A DNA stretch of 64,000 nucleotides, taken from positions 46,928 through 110,927 of the forward strand of contig JBBTCT010000018.1 of NCBI GenBank assembly GCA_038060895.1. Reading direction: 5' to 3'. The position numbers and the translations under genes are program-made. The DNA is from Planctomycetota bacterium (GTDB taxonomy: Bacteria; Planctomycetota; MHYJ01; WSZJ01). Of the stretch, positions 36,391-46,543 are shown piece by piece (position 1 is the stretch's first letter; the number at the start of each line of letters is the position of its first letter). A model generated the notes under the pieces. That model was not told the DNA's origin, ran no database searches, and saw nothing but the letters and a program-made list of their open reading frames with translations.

Positions 36391-37023
36391 GTGCCATCCT
36401 TCCTGTCCCTCTGCGTCTTCGCGCGCCGCCCCGAGCGCGGCAAGGTCAAGACGCGCCTTGCCGCCGAGATCGGGGAGGAGGCGGCGCTGGAGGCGTATCG
36501 CGACTGCCTGCGGGCGACCTCGGCCCGGGTGGCGGAAGCGGCGCCGCAAGGGGCGCAGCGGGGGCCCTTCGTGTTCGGGACGCCGGACGGGTGCTCGGTG
36601 GACCTGGCGGCGTACTTCCCGCGATGGAGCGCGTTCATGGATCAGGGGGACGGCGACCTGGGCGAACGGATGGCGCGTGCTTTCCGGAGGCTGTCACCGG
36701 CGGTGCTGGTGGGGACGGACTCGCCTGACCTGCCGCTGGAGTATTTTGAACGCGCGTTCAAGGATCTGGAGACGCACGATGTCGTGATTGGTCCCGCGGA
36801 AGACGGCGGTTACGTGCTGATCGGGATGCGGGAACCGCGCGAAGAGCTTTTCCGGGGGGTGCCGTGGTCGTCGCCGGACACGCTGAAGGTGACGCTGGAG
36901 AAGGCGAAGGGACTGAAAGTATCGCTCCTGCCGGCGTGGTATGACGTGGACACGAAAGCCGGCCTCGAGAGGTGGAGAGGTCGCCCCATCGTCCCGGCTG
37001 GCCCGAAAACGAAAAAGGCATGA
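36391..37023 (+). CDS. DUF2064/TIGR04282-type transferase
   Basis: GKVKTRL, QGDGDLGERM, GTDSPDL, GPAEDGGYVLIG, DVDT. Confidence 0.9.
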   Translation: MPSFLSLCVFARRPERGKVKTRLAAEIGEEAALEAYRDCLRATSARVAEAAPQGAQRGPFVFGTPDGCSVDLAAYFPRWSAFMDQGDGDLGERMARAFRRLSPAVLVGTDSPDLPLEYFERAFKDLETHDVVIGPAEDGGYVLIGMREPREELFRGVPWSSPDTLKVTLEKAKGLKVSLLPAWYDVDTKAGLERWRGRPIVPAGPKTKKA

Positions 37024-37104
37024 GCCACAGAGGACACAGAGGCCGCAGAGAAAACTCCCAATTGTCGGATGGGCTTTCTCTGTGCTCTCTGTGTCCTCTG
37101 TGGC
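37024..37104. repeat. inverted nonamer tandem repeats (CACAGAGGA)
   Basis: gccacagaggacacagaggccgcagag ... ctctgtgctctctgtgtcctctgtggc. Confidence 0.8.
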
Positions 37105-37144
37105 AACGCCCTTTCCTTTGCCCCCCATGTGGGCGCCTCGCAGC

Positions 37145-37837
37145 GTGAGTTCTTCGCCCAGGATCGCCGTCGTCATTCCCGCGCTGAACGAGGAGAAGTC
37201 GCTCCCCCTCGTCCTCGCCGCCCTTCCGAAAGTCGACGACGTCATCGTGGTGGACAACGGCTCCACCGACCGCACCGCCGACGTCGCGCGCACCGGCGGC
37301 GCCCGGATCGTGAGCGAATCGCGGCGTGGCTACGGAAGCGCCTGTCTCGCGGGAATCGCCGCCCTTCGCGAGCCCGACATCGTCGTCTTCGTGGACGCGG
37401 ACTTCAGCGACCACCCCGACGAGTTGCCGCTTCTCGTCGCACCGATCGCGGAGGACCGCGCGGACATGGTGATCGGCTCTCGCGCGCTCGGGAACCGCGA
37501 GAAAGGCGCGCTGCTTCCCCAGGCCCGCTTCGGCAACATGCTCGCCTGCTTCCTGATGCGCGTGATCTACGGCCACCGCTACACCGACCTCGGGCCGTTC
37601 CGTGCGATCCGCCTCTCTTCCCTCCGGAAAATCGGCATGCGCGACCGCAATTTCGGGTGGACCGTCGAGATGCAGATCCGCGCGCTGCGACACGGCCTGC
37701 GCGTCACGGAAGTCCCCGTCAGCTACCGCAAGCGCGTCGGCGTCTCGAAAATCACCGGAACGCTCTCCGGCACGCTGCGTGCAGGGTATAAGATCCTCTT
37801 CACCATCTTCCGCCACGCATTGTCGCGGAAGGGGTAA
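37145..37837 (+). CDS. glycosyltransferase family 2 (DPM1-like)
   Basis: IPALNEE, VDNGSTD, DAD, TDLGPFRAI. Confidence 0.92.
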   Translation: MSSSPRIAVVIPALNEEKSLPLVLAALPKVDDVIVVDNGSTDRTADVARTGGARIVSESRRGYGSACLAGIAALREPDIVVFVDADFSDHPDELPLLVAPIAEDRADMVIGSRALGNREKGALLPQARFGNMLACFLMRVIYGHRYTDLGPFRAIRLSSLRKIGMRDRNFGWTVEMQIRALRHGLRVTEVPVSYRKRVGVSKITGTLSGTLRAGYKILFTIFRHALSRKG

Positions 37838-37845
37838 CGTCAACC

Positions 37846-39111
37846 ATGATGGCCCTTCGTAAAGCGGCTTTCCTTGCGTTCGCGCTCGCCGCGCTTCCCG
37901 CGCCGGCGTACGAACTCTGGTACAAGGACCGCGTGCTCTTCGACGACCTGCCGCTGAGAGAGATCGAGGATGGAGCTTCCCTCACGTTCAAGGTCATCCC
38001 TCAGGGCAAGTACCGCTTCGGCTGGTGCGCCGTCACGTACCCCGACGGAACGACGGGGAGCTTACAGGACGCCGAAATAAAAAACGGGAAGGCGACGCAG
38101 AAGGTGAAGTTCGACCAGGGGAAGGGGAAGTACGTGGTGGAGTTCCTGATGGAGGGGCCTCTCGGGCCGGCGGTGGGGGCGATCTTTCACTACTGGGTCG
38201 GGGTGCCGGAGGAGAAGGAGGAAGTCCGGGACTTCAAGTGGGACGTGCGAGGCGCGGAGGAGATCGAGAAGGACGTCTTTGACCGGATCAACGCGTTCCG
38301 GAAGACGTGCAAGGCGCCGGAGGTGAAGTGGGACGACCGGATCTGCGCGATCGGGCGGGAGCACTGCGACGACATGATCGAGGGGCGTTACTTCGCGCAC
38401 ATTTCGCCGAAGCACGGTGACCTGGGGACTCGGGCGAAGGTGAAGTACGGGTGGAAGAACGTGATCTGGGGGATGCCGGACCGCGGCTACGTGGAGAAGC
38501 CGGACGGACCGATTTTCATCGGGGAGGACATTGCGTACGACAACAACCCCGCGGGGGCGATGGATGCGTGGCTCGGCTCGCCGGGGCACCGCGCGGTCTT
38601 CATGAACAAGTTCGTGACGCACTGCGGGGTGGGAGTGAAGAAGTACGAGGCGATGGAAAACGGATTCCTCGTGCGGAAGATCTATTTTGTGGCGGCGTTC
38701 GCGCTTTACGCGGACACGAACATCGAAAAGGCGGAGAAAGAAGCGGAGCTGCGTCGGGTCGAGGCGAAGGCTCTTCCGCAGTTCGAGCGTGCGCAGGCGC
38801 TGGAGGCGATCGACCCGCCGGCGGCGGTGAAGCAGTACGAGGAGCTTGCCGCGAAGTTTCCGGACTCGGCGAGCGGGCGGAAGGCGGCGGCGCGGGCGAA
38901 GGAGCTGACAGGCGCGCCGGACTGGGCGGAAACGGTGAAGAAGGCAGATGGCCGGCGGGAAGCGCGGCAGTGGATGGATCGGGCGAAGATGCTGATCGAC
39001 AACAAGCGGCCCGACAATGCGAGGACGTGGCTGGAAAAAGTGGTCGCGGGGCATCCCGGGACGCCGGAGGCGGAGGAGGCGCGGCGGTTGATCAAGACGC
39101 TGCAGGAGTAA
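37846..39111 (+). CDS. exported CAP/SCP-domain protein with C-terminal TPR-like region
   Basis: INAFR, HCDDM..YFAH, GEDIA, WLGSPGHRA, GVG. Confidence 0.85.
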   Translation: MMALRKAAFLAFALAALPAPAYELWYKDRVLFDDLPLREIEDGASLTFKVIPQGKYRFGWCAVTYPDGTTGSLQDAEIKNGKATQKVKFDQGKGKYVVEFLMEGPLGPAVGAIFHYWVGVPEEKEEVRDFKWDVRGAEEIEKDVFDRINAFRKTCKAPEVKWDDRICAIGREHCDDMIEGRYFAHISPKHGDLGTRAKVKYGWKNVIWGMPDRGYVEKPDGPIFIGEDIAYDNNPAGAMDAWLGSPGHRAVFMNKFVTHCGVGVKKYEAMENGFLVRKIYFVAAFALYADTNIEKAEKEAELRRVEAKALPQFERAQALEAIDPPAAVKQYEELAAKFPDSASGRKAAARAKELTGAPDWAETVKKADGRREARQWMDRAKMLIDNKRPDNARTWLEKVVAGHPGTPEAEEARRLIKTLQE

Positions 39112-39232
39112 GGGGATAGGGTTGGGATTTGGAGTTGTCGTGGCCTTTTTTTCGCATTTCCAACAATACGGCAGCTCTCTCCCCGTTCCTGATGCAAGGG
39201 GGACGACCAGACCTCACACTGGGAGACAGCCG

Positions 39233-39778
39233 ATGCTTCACAGAATTTTCGCCGGGTTGCTGGCCTGCGCGTTCCTGGCCACGCACGCCGGCGCGGATGG
39301 ACCGCCGCCGCCGCCGAAGCCGCCAAAACCGCCGCCGCCGCCTGCTGGGGGTGACCCGGGGGACGAAAAGCCGAAGCCGCCGAAAAAAAAGAAGGGCAAG
39401 AAGCCGCCTCCTCCGCCGAAGGACGGCGAGAAGCCGCCGATGCCCCCGCCTCCTCCCCCCCCGAAGGACGGCGAGGGGGGCTGACCCGACATGGATGACG
39501 GCGGGAAACCGCCGATGCCTCCGGACGGAGGCACGGGTGACGAAAAGGATGGGAAGAAACCGAAGCCGCCGAAGGGCGCCAAGGGCGGAAAGCCGCCGCT
39601 GCCTCCGCTCCCGAAGGACGGAAAAGGCCCGAAACCGCCGCTCCCGCCTCCGCTTCCTCCGCCAGACGGCGAGGGCGACCCCGATGGTCCGAAGCCTCCT
39701 TTGCCGCCGAAGCCGCCGATGCCTCCTGCCGAAGAGGGTGAGGGCGAGGAAGAGGATCCGATGGACGATCTCAAGTAA
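39233..39778 (+). CDS. exported Pro/Lys-rich low-complexity protein with in-frame TGA at 39482 (possible pseudogene or sequence error)
   Basis: Signal peptide MLHRIFAGLLACAFLATHAGA; the two ORF halves share frame and repeats (KPPMPP). Confidence 0.6.
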
Positions 39779-39805
39779 TCCTAAGTCCCGACAGGACCTT
39801 CGCTT

Positions 39806-39837
39806 CGGGCCCGGCTTCGGCCGGGCCCGTTTTTTTT
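39806..39837 (+). terminator. rho-independent terminator
   Basis: cgggcccggc-ttcg-gccgggcccg followed by T8. Confidence 0.9.
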
Positions 39838-39920
39838 GTAAGGTCCCGTAACGTTTTTCTTCCCCCCCCGTCCTTCTAGGCGTCGGGGGGACCAGAAAAA
39901 CCAACTCAGCGAGGTCGAAA

Positions 39921-40514
39921 ATGAACCGGATTCTCACGATCGCTGCGCTCGCGCTCTTCGTGTTCGGGACTAATGGCTACGCCGAAGACGACAAGCGGGC
40001 CGAGCCCGGATCTGACGGCAAAGCCGAGGGCAAAGAGGGAAAAGTAGACGAGAAGAAGGACCGCGAGGCGCGGGCGTGGGCCGAGAAGAAGGCCGCCGAG
40101 TTCAAGCGCTGGAGCGACGAGAAGAAGAAGTGCGAACGCGACGGGCATCATCGCTGCGGAGCGGGCGCGCGGAAGGGCTGTGAGAACCGCGATTGCGAGC
40201 GGAAGGGCCACAGGAAGTGCCAGGACGAAGCCCGCGCGAAGTGCAAGGGCGCGTGCGAGGAGATTCGCGCGAAGGCGAAGAAGGACAAGGCCGTTGACAT
40301 CAAGGGTGACGAGAAGAAGAAAATCGATGCGAAGCCGGGCGACATCGTTCCTGGCGGCAAGAAGGACGGCGACGGGAAGTGCGACAAGGACGAAAAGCCT
40401 GCGGATGGCGACGGGAAGTGCGACAAGGGCTGCGACGACAAGGCGAAGGACGAAGAGAAGGCAAAGGACGAACCGAAGGACGAGGAAGGCGACGGCCTGG
40501 GCGACCTGAAGTAA
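39921..40514 (+). CDS. exported Lys/Asp/Glu/Cys-rich low-complexity protein
   Basis: Signal peptide, DGDGKCDK repeats, GAGG RBS. Confidence 0.75.
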   Translation: MNRILTIAALALFVFGTNGYAEDDKRAEPGSDGKAEGKEGKVDEKKDREARAWAEKKAAEFKRWSDEKKKCERDGHHRCGAGARKGCENRDCERKGHRKCQDEARAKCKGACEEIRAKAKKDKAVDIKGDEKKKIDAKPGDIVPGGKKDGDGKCDKDEKPADGDGKCDKGCDDKAKDEEKAKDEPKDEEGDGLGDLK

Positions 40515-40534
40515 CGGTTCGCAGCGCAAACTCG

Positions 40535-40562
40535 AAGGCCCGGCCAAAAGCCGGGCCTTTTT
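40535..40562 (+). terminator. rho-independent terminator
   Basis: aaggcccggc-caaaa-gccgggcctt followed by T residues. Confidence 0.8.
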
Positions 40563-40592
40563 ATATTGGGTCGCGTCCGACTCGCTCCGGAC

Positions 40593-42089
40593 TTAGCGAA
40601 CCGACTGGATCGCCGCGTTGCACCACTCGAGGACTTTCGCGGGGCAGATGCCCAGCGCGATCGTCGCAATCGACGCCAGTCCGAGCCCGAGAACGGCGCC
40701 CCAGCGGTCTTCACCCTTCGGGAATTCCTCGCCCTTCGCGGGATCGCGCATGTACATCGCGACGACGATCTTCAGGTAGTAGTACGCGCTCACGACGGAA
40801 GCGGCGATGCCGGTGATGGCCAGCCAGAGGAATTCACGGTTCTGGATCGCTTCGCGGAAGATGAGGAACTTGCCCATGAATCCCGCAGTGGGGGGGATTC
40901 CGGCGAGGGATGCCATGAATAGGGTCATGGCGGCGGCCGCGGCGGGACGCCGGGAGGCGAGGCCGGAGAACTGGGAAATGTCCTCCAGTTCGCCGCCTTC
41001 GCGGGCGAGCAGCGAGATCAGGCCGAAAGACCCGGCGGTCATGACGACGTACGCGATGACGTAGAAAAGGACAGCGGCGGCCGCGTGTTCCGTTTCGCTC
41101 GCGACGACGATGCCCACCAGGATCACGCCCGTATGGCCGATCGAGCTGTACGCGAGGAGCCGCTTCAGATTCGTCTGCGCCAGCGCGCACACGTTTCCAA
41201 CGACCATGGTGGCGGCCGCGAGGAAAGCCAGCGCTCCGCCCCACTCAAGACCGAGGTGCGGGAACGCGACCGTGGCGCTTCGAAGGAGCGCCGCGAACAC
41301 GCCCGCCTTGACGACGCCGGCCATGAAGCCGGTGACGGGCGCGGGGGCGCCTTCGTAGGCGTCGGGGGTCCAGGCGTGGAAGGGGACGGCGCCGACCTTG
41401 AAGGCGGCGCCGACGAGAAAGAGCGCGAGGCCGGCGGCGAGGAGAGGCGTATTGGCGGGGACGCGGGCGAGCGCGTCGAGGCGGAGAAGGGAAGACTGGG
41501 ACGGAGACTGGAGGATGCCCTCGGTGCCGCCGGTCGTGACGACGGCGCCATAGAGGAGGGCGATGCCGAAGAGGAGGAAGCCGGTGGAGAAGGCGCCCAT
41601 GATGAAGTATTTCATCGCTGCCTCGGTGGACTTCTCGCGGTCGCGGGTGATGCCGGTGAGGCAGTAGACGGCGATGGACATGATCTCGATGCCGAGGAAG
41701 ACGGACATGAGGTCGTTGGCCTGGGCGAGCATGACGGCGCCCGCTGCGGCGGTGAGCATGAGGCCGTAATACTCGCCGAAATCGATGCCGGAGGAGCGGA
41801 CGTAAGAAGCGCTCATGAGGACGGAGAGGGCGGTGGCGGCGCAGGCGGCGAGGCCCATGACGACGGCGAGGCCGTCGATGCGGAGCGCGCCGCCAAAGGC
41901 TTCCTCGTTGCGGCCCCAGAGCGACAGCAGGGAGATCGCCGCGGCGACGGTGCCGCCGAGCGAGATGAACGGAAGGGCGCCGCGCTCGATCTTGCCGGAG
42001 TAAAGGTCGGCCGTGACGGCGACCGCGGCGGTGCCGAGGAGGATGAGGACGGGGCTGAAGAGCTGGAGGTCGTGGGCGCCGAGGGTCAT
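40593..42089 (-). CDS. nuoN: NADH-quinone oxidoreductase subunit N
   Basis: EAAMKYF, FKVGAVPFHAWTPDAYEGAP, KRLLAYSSI. Confidence 0.96.
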   Translation of the reverse strand: MTLGAHDLQLFSPVLILLGTAAVAVTADLYSGKIERGALPFISLGGTVAAAISLLSLWGRNEEAFGGALRIDGLAVVMGLAACAATALSVLMSASYVRSSGIDFGEYYGLMLTAAAGAVMLAQANDLMSVFLGIEIMSIAVYCLTGITRDREKSTEAAMKYFIMGAFSTGFLLFGIALLYGAVVTTGGTEGILQSPSQSSLLRLDALARVPANTPLLAAGLALFLVGAAFKVGAVPFHAWTPDAYEGAPAPVTGFMAGVVKAGVFAALLRSATVAFPHLGLEWGGALAFLAAATMVVGNVCALAQTNLKRLLAYSSIGHTGVILVGIVVASETEHAAAAVLFYVIAYVVMTAGSFGLISLLAREGGELEDISQFSGLASRRPAAAAAMTLFMASLAGIPPTAGFMGKFLIFREAIQNREFLWLAITGIAASVVSAYYYLKIVVAMYMRDPAKGEEFPKGEDRWGAVLGLGLASIATIALGICPAKVLEWCNAAIQSVR

Positions 42090-43675
42090 TTGCGCGAATC
42101 TCCCGGGCCGGGCGCTTCCAGTGGCGTCATGAGGGCGCGATGGCGGTTCTCCGCTTCACGCCGTTCGTTTTCGTGCCGGATCGCCGCGCGGATCTGGCGG
42201 TTGTAGTTCTCGACGGTGGGGGCGACGCGATTGAGAAAGACGTTGGGCGCGACGCCGATGGCGAAGATGAGGACGAGCAGCGGGAGGAGCGTGGCCCACT
42301 CGCGGCCGCGGAGGTCGCCGAGGTGTTCGTTTTCTTCGTGGGTGACCCGGCCGAACAGGACGCGCTGGGCCATCCAGAGCATGTACGCGGCGCCCAGGAC
42401 GACGCCGGTGGAAGCGAAGATGGCCGGAAGCTTCTTCACCTGGAAGGTGCCGAGCAGGATCAGGAACTCCCCGATGAACCCGTTGGTGCCCGGGAGGCCG
42501 ATGGAACTGAGCGTCACGATGATCAGCACCGCTGCGTACCACGGCATGACCTTCGCAATCCCGCCGAAATCCTCGAGGAGGCGCGTGTGTCGGCGCTCGT
42601 AGAGGACGCCGACGCAGAGGAAGAGGGCGCCCGTCGAGATGCCGTGGTTCACCATCTGGAGGATCGATCCGGAGAGCGCCTTGTCGTTCCAGACGAACAT
42701 CCCCAGAACGCAGAAGCCGAGGTGCGCGACCGACGAGTACGCGATCAGTTTCTTCATGTCCTCCTGCGCGAGGCACATGAGCGACCCGTAGATCACGCCG
42801 ATCACGGCGAGCACGATCATGATCGGCGCGAACTCGGCGGCGGTGCCGGGGAAGAGCGGGATGGCGAAGCGCAGGAGCCCGTAAGTCCCCATCTTGAGCA
42901 GCACTCCCGCGAGAATGACGGAGCCCGCGGTCGGCGCTTCGACGTGCGCGTCGGGGAGCCAGGTGTGAAGCGGCCAGATCGGGACTTTGACGGCGAACGC
43001 GAGGGCAAACGCGAAGAAGCACCAGCGGGCGGCGGAGACGGTGAGCGGGAGGGGCTCGTTGCCGGCCGGGTTGAGGGCGGCGCGCAGCGTCTCGAGATCG
43101 AAGGTCTGGGCGCCCGATTTGAAGTACAGGTAGATGATCGCTACGAACATCGGCAGCGAACCGACGATCGTGAACAGGAAGAATTTCAGCGCCGCGTACA
43201 CCCGGCGGCGGCCGCCCCAGACGCCGATGATCAGAAGCATCGGGATGAGCATGGCTTCCCAGAACACGTAGAAGAGGAGCAGGTCCTGGGCGACGAACGA
43301 CCCGATCATGGCGCTTTCGAGGATGAGGAAAGCGGCCATGTATTCCTTCACGCGGTCCGTGATCGACCAGCTTGCGAGGACGCAGATCGGCATGAGGAGG
43401 GTCGTGAGGATGACGAGGAGGACGGAGATCCCGTCCACGCCCACCTTGTAAGTCAGCCCGAGGGCCGGCACCCACGCGCGCGTCTCGACGAACTGCATTG
43501 CGGCGTTTCCGGGGCGGAACTGCGTCCAGAGGGGGATGGAGACCAGGAAGGTGAGGAGTGCCGTGAGAAGCGCGGCGAGCTTGGCCTCGCGGGCGTTTTC
43601 GCGCGGGAGGAGCGCGACCAGCGCGGCCCCCGCGACGGGAATGACGAGCAGTGCGGAGAGGATGGGGGCGCTCAT
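42086..43675 (-). CDS. nuoM: NADH-quinone oxidoreductase subunit M
   Basis: FYVFWEAMLIP, WLPDAHVEAPT, LLKMG, IAYSSVAH. Confidence 0.96.
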   Translation of the reverse strand: MSAPILSALLVIPVAGAALVALLPRENAREAKLAALLTALLTFLVSIPLWTQFRPGNAAMQFVETRAWVPALGLTYKVGVDGISVLLVILTTLLMPICVLASWSITDRVKEYMAAFLILESAMIGSFVAQDLLLFYVFWEAMLIPMLLIIGVWGGRRRVYAALKFFLFTIVGSLPMFVAIIYLYFKSGAQTFDLETLRAALNPAGNEPLPLTVSAARWCFFAFALAFAVKVPIWPLHTWLPDAHVEAPTAGSVILAGVLLKMGTYGLLRFAIPLFPGTAAEFAPIMIVLAVIGVIYGSLMCLAQEDMKKLIAYSSVAHLGFCVLGMFVWNDKALSGSILQMVNHGISTGALFLCVGVLYERRHTRLLEDFGGIAKVMPWYAAVLIIVTLSSIGLPGTNGFIGEFLILLGTFQVKKLPAIFASTGVVLGAAYMLWMAQRVLFGRVTHEENEHLGDLRGREWATLLPLLVLIFAIGVAPNVFLNRVAPTVENYNRQIRAAIRHENERREAENRHRALMTPLEAPGPGDSRK

Positions 43676-45684
43676 GCGGCCCCCAGGATGTAGAGGAAGT
43701 ACCCGAGGAGGAGCATGGCGCCGGCGAGGAACCAGACGGCATAGGTCCCGACCACTCCGTCCTGCAGGCGCCTGGCGGCTTCCGAAACTACTTCTGCAAC
43801 CAGGGCCGCGACGTTGATGAACATGTCGATAATCAGGACGTCGACAAAGATCCAGAGCGCGAACGCCGTCAGCTTCACGGGACGCACGACGACACGGTCG
43901 TAGGCCTCGTCGATGTAGAACTTGTCGCGGACGAGCGCGTACAGCTGCCCGAGCCCGGGCGACTTCTGGATCACTTCTGCCGGCAGCCCGGGACGCTTCA
44001 GGTAAATCCACAGCGCAAACCCGCTGACACCGAATGCGATGAGCGTCGAGACGACCATGAGCCCGCGCTCGGCCGAGTGATGGGATACGTGCTGGGCGGT
44101 CGCAATTTCGGGCCAGGCGGCGACGACGGGCTGGAGCCAGGCGGAGAAGTGCGCGCCTCCGTGGAGGGCGTGTGGAACGTTGAGGAATCCTGCGGCGACG
44201 GAGCAGATGGCGAGGACGATGAGGGGAAGCGTCATGGTCCAGGGCGATTCGTGGGCATGGGAATGCGCTTCGGCCGAACCGCGCGGGGCGCCCAGGAACG
44301 CCATGGTGAGGAGGCGGAACATGTAGAAGGCGGTCATTGCGCTGGCGACGGTGCCCAGCAGGCCGAGAACGAGGCCGTGTCCCACGTTCTGGCCCGTGAG
44401 GCAGCCTTCCCACGCCTTCCAGAGGATCTCGTCCTTCGAGAAGAACCCGGCGAAGGGCGGAATGCCGGTGATGGCGAGCGTGCCGATGAGCATGGTGGCG
44501 AAGGTGGCGGGAAGCTTGTTCTTCAGTCCACCCATGCGCCGCAGGTCCTGCTCGCCCGACAGGGCGTGGATGACGGACCCGGCGCCGAGGAAGAGGAGGG
44601 CCTTGAAGAAGGCGTGGGTGAAGACATGGAAGAAGCCGGCGGAGAACCCGCCGGTGCCGAGCGCGAGGAACATGAGGCCGAGTTGCGAGACCGTGGAGTA
44701 GGCGAGGACCTTCTTGATGTCGTTCTGCGCGAGCGCCATCAGGGCCGCGAAAACGGCCGTGGCGCCGCCGACGCCGGCGATGATGTCCATGGTGGGCGGA
44801 GCCATGACGAAAAGGTGCGAGAGGCGGCAGATCATGTAGATGCCGCTCGTCACCATCGTCGCGGCGTGGATAAGTGCGGAAACCGGTGTCGGGCCCGCCA
44901 TCGCGTCGGGGAGCCAGACGTAGAGCGGGATCTGCGCGGACTTGCCCGCAGCGCCGAGGAAGAACGCGAGCGTGATCGCGCCGACGAGCGACAGCTTCAC
45001 ATCGACGAACCAGATCCCCAGATCAAACGTGTGCAGCAACTTTTCCCGGATGTTCGAGTCGCCCAGGTTCGCGCGGATCGTCTCGTAGTCGAACGAGTGG
45101 AAGACCATGAAGATCGCAAAGAGCCCGAGCGCGAACCCGAAGTCGCCGATGCGATTGACGATGAACGCCTTGCGCCCCGCGTACGCCTTTTCGGGGTCCT
45201 CGAACCAGAACCCGATCAGCAGGTACGAGCAGAGGCCGACCCCTTCCCACCCGACGAACATCAACAGCAGGTTGTCGCCGAGGACGAGAAGGAGCATCGA
45301 GAACATGAAGAGGTTCAGGTACGCGAAGTACCGCGGAACGCTGGCGTCGTGCGCCATGTAGCCGGCGCTGTAGAGATGGATGAGCGAACCGACGCCCGTG
45401 ACGACGAGGAGCATGATCACGCTCAGCCGGTCGCACAGGAACGCGAACTTCACCTGCAGGTCCGACACGTCGATCCACGAGAACAGGTCCGCTTTCACGG
45501 CTTCGCCCGTCGAGAAGACCTCCCGGGCGACCGGAATCGAGAACAGGAAGGACGCGATCGCCGCAGCGACGCCGACGGCCGCGCCTCCGTTCCGGCCCAG
45601 ACGGCGTCCCAGCAGGCCGTTCGCCAGGAACCCGGCGAGGCACAGGAAGGGGACGACCGCGAGGCAGCGGGAGGCTTCGTTCAC
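43672..45684 (-). CDS. nuoL: NADH-quinone oxidoreductase subunit L
   Basis: GKSAQIPLYVWLPDAMAGPTPVSALIHAATMV. Confidence 0.96.
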   Translation of the reverse strand: MNEASRCLAVVPFLCLAGFLANGLLGRRLGRNGGAAVGVAAAIASFLFSIPVAREVFSTGEAVKADLFSWIDVSDLQVKFAFLCDRLSVIMLLVVTGVGSLIHLYSAGYMAHDASVPRYFAYLNLFMFSMLLLVLGDNLLLMFVGWEGVGLCSYLLIGFWFEDPEKAYAGRKAFIVNRIGDFGFALGLFAIFMVFHSFDYETIRANLGDSNIREKLLHTFDLGIWFVDVKLSLVGAITLAFFLGAAGKSAQIPLYVWLPDAMAGPTPVSALIHAATMVTSGIYMICRLSHLFVMAPPTMDIIAGVGGATAVFAALMALAQNDIKKVLAYSTVSQLGLMFLALGTGGFSAGFFHVFTHAFFKALLFLGAGSVIHALSGEQDLRRMGGLKNKLPATFATMLIGTLAITGIPPFAGFFSKDEILWKAWEGCLTGQNVGHGLVLGLLGTVASAMTAFYMFRLLTMAFLGAPRGSAEAHSHAHESPWTMTLPLIVLAICSVAAGFLNVPHALHGGAHFSAWLQPVVAAWPEIATAQHVSHHSAERGLMVVSTLIAFGVSGFALWIYLKRPGLPAEVIQKSPGLGQLYALVRDKFYIDEAYDRVVVRPVKLTAFALWIFVDVLIIDMFINVAALVAEVVSEAARRLQDGVVGTYAVWFLAGAMLLLGYFLYILGAA

Positions 45685-45995
45685 CAGCGCAAGCTCCTCA
45701 TCTCTTCCGTGTCCGTCGTCTTCCGGTTCCGGAACCAGGCAATGACGATCGCGAGCCCGACCGCCGCTTCCGCCGCCGCGACGGCCATCGTGAGCAGGAC
45801 GAACACATGGCCGGCGGGCGCCTGGGAAGACCCGGGGTAGAAGCGCGCGAACGACACGAACGCGATGTTCACGCCGTTGAGCATCAGCTCGATCGACATG
45901 AGGACGATGAGCACGTTGCGCCGTGCGATGACCCCGAAGACGCCGGTGGCGAAGAGGATCGCGGAGAGAAGGAGGCAGTTGTGAAGGGTCAGCAT
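45681..45995 (-). CDS. nuoK: NADH-quinone oxidoreductase subunit K
   Basis: RRN..IELMLN, AAAEAAVGLA. Confidence 0.95.
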   Translation of the reverse strand: MLTLHNCLLLSAILFATGVFGVIARRNVLIVLMSIELMLNGVNIAFVSFARFYPGSSQAPAGHVFVLLTMAVAAAEAAVGLAIVIAWFRNRKTTDTEEMRSLRW

Positions 45996-46543
45996 CAGTG
46001 TGTCCCTCCGTGGTCCTTCGGCGCGTCGACGGCGGGCCCCTCCGGCTTGCCGAGATTCTTCTTGGCCAGCACGACCGCCCCCATGGTGGCGGCCAGGATC
46101 AGCACGGACACCACTTCGAAGGGCAGCACGAACTCGGCAAACATCGTTCTGCCGACCTGTTCCGGCGAGCCAAACTCCGGGCCCACTTTGGGAAGCGCCT
46201 GGAACGGAGCGCGCAGCATGGCGGCGGCGATGAGGCCGAAGAGGACGGCGCAGCCGATGCCGGCAAGGAGCTGGAGGGGCCACGGTCGCTCGCCGCCGAT
46301 TTCTTCGCCGCGGAGGGCCAGGAGCATGATGACGAAGATGAAAAGGACCAGGATGGCCCCGGCGTAAACCATGAGCTGCATGAGGGCGAGGAACGGCGCC
46401 GCAAGGATCATCATGACGCCGCTGATGGCGCCGAAGAACAGGATCAGGGACAGGGCGGAGTACATCGGGTCCCGGCGCGAGACGGTGAGAAACCCGCCGA
46501 AGATCGCGAGGAACGAGAACGCGACGAAGAAGGCGTCTCTCAT
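45995..46543 (-). CDS. nuoJ: NADH-quinone oxidoreductase subunit J
   Basis: VYAGAILVLFIFVIMLL, PFEVVS. Confidence 0.95.
   Translation of the reverse strand: MRDAFFVAFSFLAIFGGFLTVSRRDPMYSALSLILFFGAISGVMMILAAPFLALMQLMVYAGAILVLFIFVIMLLALRGEEIGGERPWPLQLLAGIGCAVLFGLIAAAMLRAPFQALPKVGPEFGSPEQVGRTMFAEFVLPFEVVSVLILAATMGAVVLAKKNLGKPEGPAVDAPKDHGGTH

Noticed and set aside
39482-39484. In-frame TGA in the Pro-rich protein as selenocysteine
   Set aside because: No Cys or redox context; it aligns with GGDP/DPMDD repeats, so small indels or a sequence error are more likely; no convincing SECIS.
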